Shown here: in pieces, positions 1 to 6,197 of the stretch
How positions within the stretch are numbered: position 1 is the stretch's first letter
Layout of the letters: each line of letters starts with the position of its first letter
Virus record (IMG/VR): IMGVR_UViG_3300025508_000120
Coordinates: 1-28,273 of that record
Length of the DNA: 28,273 bases
Origin: a virus
Lineage: Duplodnaviria > Caudoviricetes
Direction: 5' to 3' (one strand)
Notes under the pieces: model-generated
Database searches by the model: none
Told to the model about the DNA's origin: nothing
Seen by the model: the letters and a program-made list of their open reading frames with translations, nothing else
Made by a program: the position numbers and the translations under genes

Positions 1-40
1 TTTCATTTTTGATAGGTCAAAGGTTTGATTACCCCCCTCC

Positions 41-128
41 ATGACATACCCATGACACTACTATGACAATAATATGACATAAGTACTATTCCATGACACA
101 AATATGACACGTGTCATAGTAATGTCAC
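41..128. repeat. Helically phased ATGACA hexamer array ending in a 16-bp palindrome
   Basis: ATGACA at 41, 52, 63, 74, 93, 104 (spacings 11,11,11,19,11). Inverted TGTCAT at 112 and TGTCAC at 123. TATGACACGTGTCATA (103-118) is a perfect palindrome. Confidence 0.9.
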
Positions 129-252
129 GAAGCTAAATAAGGACGTCTAAGGGCTTGGATCGATCCCATTGGTATGAATACACCATTAATGTATTTGAAT
201 GCGTTAGAACGGCTTAAAATAGCTTATATCAATCAATGGTATATTGTTACCA

Positions 253-260
253 TATCTTTG
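253..260 (+). promoter_or_regulatory. Possible Bacteroidota -7 promoter box (TATCTTTG)
   Basis: Matches TAnnTTTG followed by CA. No convincing -33 element seen. Confidence 0.35.
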
Positions 261-281
261 CAGCCCTAAAAAAAAGGGCAC

Positions 282-313
282 AAAAAAACCCCTTACCGAT
301 TAAGTAAGGGGTT
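282..313 (-). terminator. Rho-independent terminator ending the leftmost early genes
   Basis: Stem AACCCCTTAC/GTAAGGGGTT with a 7-nt loop. The A-run at 282-288 gives a U-tail on the minus strand. Confidence 0.8.
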
Positions 314-335
314 GACTGTGTGTGTGTGTTAGCTC

Positions 336-404
336 CTACCTTGGGCGCTGTTCATCTGTTGACTTCATTAAGCCAACAATTAACACGATTAACAAAGCAT
401 ACAT
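336..404 (-). CDS. Possible 22-aa hydrophobic peptide MYALLIVLIVGLMKSTDEQRPR
   Basis: Translated by hand. ATG lies 2 nt after the stop of 407..598 and the ORF ends before the terminator. Below the ORF-track cutoff. Confidence 0.35.
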   Translation of the reverse strand: MYALLIVLIVGLMKSTDEQRPR

Positions 405-406
405 AG

Positions 407-598
407 TTAACTAACTTGATGGTAATATAAGGAGGTCCTTAAGAAGTGTACCCAATCAATTTCCGTGTAGTATTCCATGTTCTCGAATTCATTAGCGGTT
501 AACTTGTTAGTACGATACTTTGCGGTTGTTCTGTTTTTGTTGTCTTGTTTTCGTATGGTGTAAGTACGCTTACTGTAATTTGCTTTTGTGCTTATCAT
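407..598 (-). CDS. Hypothetical phage early protein
   Basis: 63-aa ORF co-oriented with neighbours, A-rich leader. Confidence 0.7.
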   Translation of the reverse strand: MISTKANYSKRTYTIRKQDNKNRTTAKYRTNKLTANEFENMEYYTEIDWVHFLRTSLYYHQVS

Positions 599-616
599 GT
601 TATTTTATTTATATTG

Positions 617-883
617 TTATTTAGTGTATTGATATACTTTATTTTCTTTTAACCATTCGCCTTCGTGTATAATAAAACCCGAATAATTACTTATCTTATT
701 TTTATTCAGATAGTCAATAGATAAATTAATTAACGTATCTAGATTATACCTGCCGTCAAACATAATGTTTGCAAAACTTCCACAATTAGAAACGTGTACA
801 GGCTTATCTAATTTTATAAACTTATTTGCTTTATAACAATACTTTTTTGTTTTTAAACTTGTAAATTCAACCCAGTTTTTCAT
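617..883 (-). CDS. Hypothetical phage early protein
   Basis: 88-aa ORF, co-oriented, short AT-rich spacers, leader similar to that of 407..598 (AAAATAACAT). Confidence 0.7.
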   Translation of the reverse strand: MKNWVEFTSLKTKKYCYKANKFIKLDKPVHVSNCGSFANIMFDGRYNLDTLINLSIDYLNKNKISNYSGFIIHEGEWLKENKVYQYTK

Positions 884-903
884 AATGTTATTTTTTTTTA
901 GTT

Positions 904-1215
904 TTAAAAATTATTGTATATCAATTCTTCTCCGTATATGTATGCGAGCATATTTACAATTTTTTCAGTATTGTCGTAATCGGTTGTACTTTCTCCGAAA
1001 TTGTCAATCTCATATTGTCTGCAAATAGATGCACCTTCTAATTCTCCTATAGAGTGCTTTTTAAGCCACTCCGACGATTGATAATAACCAATGATATAAT
1101 AATCTTGATTAAAAGCAAGATAGTGCCAATCCTCCCTGTTTTCATCTGTTAATACTTGTTCTGAAATAAGATCTAAAACGTAGGAAGTCAATTCTTTTTT
1201 AATACTGTAATTCAT
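904..1215 (-). CDS. Small acidic phage protein, possibly Ocr-like DNA mimic/antirestriction protein
   Basis: 103 aa from ATG 1215, with 19 D/E versus 7 K/R by my count. The EDWH..F..DYYIIGYY and IVNMLAYIYGEEL pattern loosely recalls T7 gp0.3. The CDS is solid; the function is tentative. Confidence 0.5.
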   Translation of the reverse strand: MNYSIKKELTSYVLDLISEQVLTDENREDWHYLAFNQDYYIIGYYQSSEWLKKHSIGELEGASICRQYEIDNFGESTTDYDNTEKIVNMLAYIYGEELIYNNF

Positions 1216-1387
1216 AATTTTTTTATTTGTTAGCACAAAGGAAGTATAAAAAAACCATAAAAAAAAGTAACCAATTTACCAAAATTAGACAACACCAAGC
1301 CACCCCACACCCAAAAAAATAAACACCGCCCTATAGTCAAAATCCTTCTAATTTTTGGCATCTGTCTAATTTTTCGATATAATTTAC

Positions 1388-1412
1388 AAAAAAAAAGACT
1401 CCCTGTGGAGTC
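1388..1412 (-). terminator. Rho-independent terminator
   Basis: GACTCC/GGAGTC stem, 4-nt loop, 9-nt U-tail on the minus strand. Confidence 0.7.
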
Positions 1413-1431
1413 AATCAAAAAAAATATTTCT

Positions 1432-1477
1432 AAAAAAAAATCCTACGCAAAAACCTTGTGTGGAATCTACGTAGGAT
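1432..1477 (-). terminator. Second, longer-looped terminator-like hairpin
   Basis: ATCCTACG (1440-1447) / CGTAGGAT (1470-1477) inverted repeat with an adjacent A-run (U-tail on the minus strand). Confidence 0.5.
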
Positions 1478-1530
1478 AAAAAAATATATATGGAACATTA
1501 TTTACAACTACCGTGGCTGCAAACACATAA

Positions 1531-1803
1531 CTAATCCTCACCCATATCACATAGATGATCTTCTACTGATTCGGTTAGGTGTCTGTGCAACTTAATAGCA
1601 GTAGTATTATTAACTTCTGCAAATTCTTTTATTAGGTCTGTGAGATGGATACACAAACCTTTATACGATATCTTAGATGCTGATTGAGCAGCGGTGTAAT
1701 CGTCATTGATTGCTATTATGGCATAGTGCTTAAATTCGCTACCTATTATATCTGTAGCTGCCTCAAATGCTACTTGCTGACTCTGTGTTAATTCTATCGA
1801 CAT
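1531..1803 (-). CDS. Hypothetical protein
   Basis: 90-aa ORF, co-oriented, protein-like composition. Confidence 0.7.
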   Translation of the reverse strand: MSIELTQSQQVAFEAATDIIGSEFKHYAIIAINDDYTAAQSASKISYKGLCIHLTDLIKEFAEVNNTTAIKLHRHLTESVEDHLCDMGED

Positions 1804-1911
1804 ACTTGTATTACTTTTAGTTGAATAATTGCAATTATTTTTAAAACAAAAAACCCATTTCTGAAAATCCCATTTGAAAAAAAAATATTTTTCTGAAAAA
1901 AAAGGTTTTTG

Positions 1912-2211
1912 CTAATTTACCTCTACTCCCGAATCTTCGATATCTATCCAATCTCTATGTGGAATACCGACTCTCCTTCTTCCTAAGAATGTCCAAGTGT
2001 TGTTGACTTGCTCCTCGCCTTGCCTTAACAGATACAAGTCCAACTGCTTGGCTGCACCTCTTGGGGTGTGGTCAATAAATCTGATAGGGTTATTATATTC
2101 CTCAACACCTACCCTCGCCTCGTATATAACTGCACCGTACTTAGACTTCCGCTTGTATACCTTGCGATACTCGGTAGGTTCATTTGTCCACTCACTCTTT
2201 CTAAATATCAT
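1912..2211 (-). CDS. AP2-like DNA-binding domain protein (tentative)
   Basis: Y..V.....Y.A.V ... TPRGAAKQLD pattern resembles the AP2 three-strand-plus-helix motif. ATGA overlap with the upstream gene. Confidence 0.5.
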   Translation of the reverse strand: MIFRKSEWTNEPTEYRKVYKRKSKYGAVIYEARVGVEEYNNPIRFIDHTPRGAAKQLDLYLLRQGEEQVNNTWTFLGRRRVGIPHRDWIDIEDSGVEVN

Positions 2212-2372
2212 TTGCTTCTTCCTAAACTATCCATACCACCCAAGTTACTACCACCTACTTGCTTTTTCATAACGTGGCTGCACTCGCTGCATTTGATAAT
2301 CTCATTATGTTTGCGTACCCAATGCTCTGCTGCATGGTTGCAGTTGGTACATTGGAAATCGAATGTCGGCAT
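2208..2372 (-). CDS. FmdB-like zinc-ribbon protein (54 aa, missing from the ORF track)
   Basis: Hand translation MPTFDFQCTNCNHAAEHWVRKHNEIIKCSECSHVMKKQVGGSNLGGMDSLGRSK has the MP.F...CxxC...CxxC pattern. TAATG and ATGA overlaps at the two ends. Confidence 0.8.
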   Translation of the reverse strand: MPTFDFQCTNCNHAAEHWVRKHNEIIKCSECSHVMKKQVGGSNLGGMDSLGRSK

Positions 2373-2683
2373 TAGAACGGCAATGACTTATCTTCCTCAG
2401 TCACCTCTTCAGTTACCTCTACCTTAGATACCTTCCACGCTTTAATGTTTGTGTACCACTTACCATTGTACTCTCTGCTACTGACATCTATCTCACAATC
2501 TAACGTATCGCCTATGTTAAATGACTCTGCTTTAGATACATTGTCCTTCCATAAGTCAATGGCTACATCCTTTGGATACTGCTCGTTGGTTGTGATTACG
2601 ATCGTTTGTTTCTTCCACTCACCGTTGTTACCTTGACCTGTGACAACGTCTAATTTGTGAGTTAATTTTCCTTTTAAATTCAT
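2372..2683 (-). CDS. DUF3127 family OB-fold protein (SSB-like, Bacteroidota)
   Basis: WKKQ...EQYPK...W....SREYNGKWYT..AWK and an acidic tail ending LPF. Confidence 0.9.
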   Translation of the reverse strand: MNLKGKLTHKLDVVTGQGNNGEWKKQTIVITTNEQYPKDVAIDLWKDNVSKAESFNIGDTLDCEIDVSSREYNGKWYTNIKAWKVSKVEVTEEVTEEDKSLPF

Positions 2684-2688
2684 AGTTA

Positions 2689-2696
2689 CAAATATA
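2689..2696 (-). promoter_or_regulatory. Bacteroidota -7 promoter box TATATTTG
   Basis: TAnnTTTG in the intergenic gap, 5 nt before the DUF3127 ATG. Confidence 0.6.
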
Positions 2697-2700
2697 TTAA

Positions 2701-2916
2701 TTATTGTTCTTGTTCCTCAGAATGTGTATAAGTCTTAATCACCTTCTCAGATATCTCATGACCTTCAGCAATTCTCTTACCTAAACCTAATGCCTCTTCT
2801 AAGCTATCTATTTGTCCATCACCTATGAATGGCTCAAACCCATTGATGGTGTATCTCAACTTATAAAATGAGTCATTCGTTGCCTTAATTGTGTATTCTA
2901 TCACGTCTACTTTCAT
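2701..2916 (-). CDS. Hypothetical protein
   Basis: 71-aa ORF with an ATGA overlap to the upstream gene. Confidence 0.7.
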   Translation of the reverse strand: MKVDVIEYTIKATNDSFYKLRYTINGFEPFIGDGQIDSLEEALGLGKRIAEGHEISEKVIKTYTHSEEQEQ

Positions 2917-3398
2917 CTTATACTCTTTAATAGTTTAATGTAACTTTCACTCTCAGCATATCCTTGCCGCTCCAAAAATTCATAGTAATCACCGCCTTTG
3001 TAGTTAACATCTTGGAATGCCTTGTAGTGCATCACCGAATACTTCCACGTTGGAAAGACTAGGTGTGAACGGTTCTTGATACCCTTAATGTGATAGGTAT
3101 GCTCATATCTACCACTCGGCTCAACCTTAAAGCCAAACAAGTTGTTCGACTCCTTGCATATATTGCTCTTCAAATGGTTAGTCTCGGCTATCATTTGAGC
3201 GTAGACCACGTTTGGGTGCTTTATGTCGCATTCTTTTATGAAAGACAACACATTGCACTCCGTGAGTGGTGTTGTGTCTTGTAGCGGCAAATAAAGGGTA
3301 TCTACGACTTGAATGTAGTCGCACATCTCTTCGTTATTTGGATGCCACACCATCGCTATAGTGTTGAGCATCAAAATTGGTATTAATAAGTATTTCAT
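2913..3398 (-). CDS. Glucosaminidase (GH73-like) peptidoglycan hydrolase with N-terminal hydrophobic segment
   Basis: AQMIAET, NNLFGFK and GYAES..YIKLL motifs. Confidence 0.8.
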   Translation of the reverse strand: MKYLLIPILMLNTIAMVWHPNNEEMCDYIQVVDTLYLPLQDTTPLTECNVLSFIKECDIKHPNVVYAQMIAETNHLKSNICKESNNLFGFKVEPSGRYEHTYHIKGIKNRSHLVFPTWKYSVMHYKAFQDVNYKGGDYYEFLERQGYAESESYIKLLKSIR

Positions 3399-3637
3399 GA
3401 TCCTTTAAATATTTCTACTTTAAATCCTAGTTCTTCTAATTCTTTTATGCGATACTTTTGCAGCGGAGACAGTCTACCTATCTTAGTCTTTATCTCACTA
3501 AACAAGATGCTACCATCTCCTTTGATGGCCAATAGGTCGGGTATTCCGTTCTTATTGGTCTGAACCAACTTAATGACGTAATAGCCTTCAGCCTCTAGCT
3601 GCTTAATCCGCTTTGCTTGTATCGCTTGTTCTTTCAT
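3395..3637 (-). CDS. VRR-NUC domain nuclease
   Basis: E..IQ ... GIPDL ... EIK ... GRLSPLQ (PD-(D/E)xK), in the typical position after an SNF2-type helicase. Confidence 0.9.
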   Translation of the reverse strand: MKEQAIQAKRIKQLEAEGYYVIKLVQTNKNGIPDLLAIKGDGSILFSEIKTKIGRLSPLQKYRIKELEELGFKVEIFKGS

Positions 3638-3640
3638 TTA

Positions 3641-4945
3641 TTAAATTGAGAATAAATCCCTTTTAATTGTTTTTTCATTACCTTCAATATAATATCTTGT
3701 ATATGGATTATTTGTATTATCTCTCACACCATTATTTAGCAAATTTCTTCTAATAAAATGAGCAGTTCCATTAAGTCTTACTTTTGGATTAACATTAAAG
3801 GCTATTTCTTTTTTGTCTACAATACCATTTTCTATGTTTTCAATCCAAGCTTCACTATCTTTTGGTGTTCCTTTTGTGTCGTGCCAATTGTCTTTTAAAG
3901 CAGTTTTTAACTGTAATTGAAAAATAAAATCATGTTCAATTATTTTACGATCATATACTTTTGGTAGGTTCATCAATAAACTTTGAAACTCTGATTTATT
4001 AGTAAAACTACCACCATTGTTTTCCCCTATTACTTTTTCTATCATATCGTGCTTAAAATAAAGTAACGGTCTACCTTTTAATGTGCTATCTTGTGCTGAT
4101 AAATTCCAAGTAGTATAACCATCTATGAAACACAAAGAGGCGTAGCATTTCTCCATCAAATAGGCATAATCTGTATATTTTAAAGATTTCACTTTAAATC
4201 TTTCGTCTACTACATCACAACTTTCATCTGTTACCCAAATTAAATATTCATCAGACAAATCTTTGGTATATTCTAATAGATTTTTGACACCACTACTTTT
4301 TGCCCACCTGTGATTGAAAACTAATATTTTTTTATTAGGTAACTCAAAAGGTGTTGGTTCAACATCTAATCTACCACTTAAAGGCATTTCGTATGTTTTA
4401 GATATTAAATCAGATATATCTAGATTTTTGAAATTACTTTTTAGGTAGTCTAAACTTTTAGGAGAGTGTATGAAATTTGCATCCAATATGTGCATACTTT
4501 CCAATTGTCTCATATAAAAACTAGGGCAACCGCTTACGCTTCCCCTGCTTTCTTTGCAGTCAATCCAATGATAAAAACCAAAATACTTGGGGCTTTCATA
4601 ATATCTATTAGTACTAAACCATTGATGTATATTGTAAGTTAATTCTGGTTGGTGATTAAACACAAAATCAATATCACACCTTGTGAAGTCAAATTTTATA
4701 TTTCTATAATCAAACATACCTCTGTTTAGTTGTACGCTCTTGGGATAATTGTACTTTAAAAAAGTTATATTCCTACCTCTTAAATCTATATTATGCCTTA
4801 ATGGTGCTAATATGTAGTGGTGGCAATTAGGTAGCCATTTTATAGTCTTCTCTGCTACCTTCCAATTAGCATCAGCTTGAGCATTAAATGTGTCACCATC
4901 CCATTTAACAGGTGATAGTACGTGTAAAATTCTGAAATTCTCCAT
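3641..4945 (-). CDS. GT-B fold glycosyltransferase, putative DNA-modifying
   Basis: Two Rossmann-like halves: ILHV, DFVFNHQPE, YHW, LVFNHRW...K, W.LSAQD...G.PLL. Visibly more AT-rich than the flanking genes. Confidence 0.7.
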   Translation of the reverse strand: MENFRILHVLSPVKWDGDTFNAQADANWKVAEKTIKWLPNCHHYILAPLRHNIDLRGRNITFLKYNYPKSVQLNRGMFDYRNIKFDFTRCDIDFVFNHQPELTYNIHQWFSTNRYYESPKYFGFYHWIDCKESRGSVSGCPSFYMRQLESMHILDANFIHSPKSLDYLKSNFKNLDISDLISKTYEMPLSGRLDVEPTPFELPNKKILVFNHRWAKSSGVKNLLEYTKDLSDEYLIWVTDESCDVVDERFKVKSLKYTDYAYLMEKCYASLCFIDGYTTWNLSAQDSTLKGRPLLYFKHDMIEKVIGENNGGSFTNKSEFQSLLMNLPKVYDRKIIEHDFIFQLQLKTALKDNWHDTKGTPKDSEAWIENIENGIVDKKEIAFNVNPKVRLNGTAHFIRRNLLNNGVRDNTNNPYTRYYIEGNEKTIKRDLFSI

Positions 4946-4973
4946 TACTTACTATTAGTTTTTTTCATATCTT

Positions 4974-4987
4974 CAAATATAACTATT
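4974..4987 (-). promoter_or_regulatory. -7 promoter box (AATAGTTATATTTG) upstream of the glycosyltransferase
   Basis: Contains TAnnTTTG. The 14 bp are identical to 11776-11789. Confidence 0.6.
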
Positions 4988-6197
4988 TATTTCTAAAGTG
5001 TGACAAGGTGTAGTTTTTCTTGCTCTTCACCGCCTCATAAATGTCTCTTTCAATACCACCTTTGCTAAACACCCAGTACACATCCGAATGCACCCTATCT
5101 TTTGTTGTCATTCTGTCTCTGCTCTGCCAATACGATGTTGCACTAAAGTCAATGTTGTAATACACCAACGCATCTGCCTCACGCAAACTAATACCCTCAC
5201 GACCACTTACTATCTGCAAAGCAATAGACTTATTTGACCCATTAAACTCCTCTAACGTTGTACACAAGTCATCACCATATATTTCTTTGAGTGCATCCAA
5301 TTCTGCGGTGAACTTATAAAAGATACCTATCTTTTTATCTCGGAAGTAGTGTCTGATATACTTCGCTTTTGAGTAGTCAAGTACCGCTCTATTGCCTGAC
5401 TCAAACTTTATCGTCCCCGAATAAAGTTGATGCAATTTCATCATAAGTTTAACAGGTGTATCCGCTAAGATTACTTCATCTATACCATCTACGACCAAGT
5501 CCTTTCTTAACTCGTCCGCTATCAAATAAGTCTCTTCATCTAACTCAACTTCTAACACGTGTTCAACTGTGTTGACCTTGAACCCTGCCTCTGCTTGGGT
5601 ATAAGACAACGTATATCTCTTCATCATATCAGTAATAGACTTCTTACCTTTTGAGTAATCGTTACTAACAAAACCGTTGAAATGTCTCTTCTTAACGTCT
5701 ACATAATCCTTCGCAAACTTATAAAAGTTAGCGTACCGTTTAAACGGATTGTTTGGTATGCCATAGACCTGGTGATACATCTGTGAGTATGACTCAGGTG
5801 TAGGTGTTCCGCTTAATAGAACCACCAACGGATCGTACTGCTCTATAAACATCTTAACCATCTTAGCCCTCTTACTCGGCTTTGGGAACGCTCCCATGCC
5901 ATGTGCCTCGTCTAAGATTAAGAAATCAAATGAACCTTTAATCTTGTGCATCGACTCGTAGTTGATAACAACCAAATCGAAGTCAAAACCAAAGTTGAAA
6001 TAATCGTCTTCGATACTACTGATTGCTTTTTTCTTGGTTAAAAATAGGACTCTTTTAGCACCCACTCGCTGCGCTACCGATAAAGATGTTAATGTCTTAC
6101 CAGTTCGCACCTCCATCGCAAGGTAAACAAACCTAAATGCACCTATTACTTCAGATGCCTTATTAACTATTTCTTCTTGATATTCTCTTAATTTCAT
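4983..6197 (-). CDS. SF2 (SNF2-like) DEAH helicase
   Basis: LREYQ, RTGKT (Walker A), LILDEAH, LSGTP, GREGISL, QSRDR motifs. Confidence 0.92.
   Translation of the reverse strand: MKLREYQEEIVNKASEVIGAFRFVYLAMEVRTGKTLTSLSVAQRVGAKRVLFLTKKKAISSIEDDYFNFGFDFDLVVINYESMHKIKGSFDFLILDEAHGMGAFPKPSKRAKMVKMFIEQYDPLVVLLSGTPTPESYSQMYHQVYGIPNNPFKRYANFYKFAKDYVDVKKRHFNGFVSNDYSKGKKSITDMMKRYTLSYTQAEAGFKVNTVEHVLEVELDEETYLIADELRKDLVVDGIDEVILADTPVKLMMKLHQLYSGTIKFESGNRAVLDYSKAKYIRHYFRDKKIGIFYKFTAELDALKEIYGDDLCTTLEEFNGSNKSIALQIVSGREGISLREADALVYYNIDFSATSYWQSRDRMTTKDRVHSDVYWVFSKGGIERDIYEAVKSKKNYTLSHFRNK

Noticed and set aside
41-128. Possible CRISPR-like mini-array
   Set aside because: Repeats are 6 bp with roughly 5-bp spacers, far too short; no cas genes.
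1230-1418. 62-aa Phe/Leu-rich ORF
   Set aside because: Its hydrophobicity derives from T-homopolymers, and it starts inside a terminator hairpin; probably regulatory DNA.
1997-2636. Plus-strand ORFs 1997..2272, 2068..2427, 2445..2636 (and similar plus-strand ORFs elsewhere)
   Set aside because: Fully overlapped by well-supported, translationally coupled minus-strand genes.
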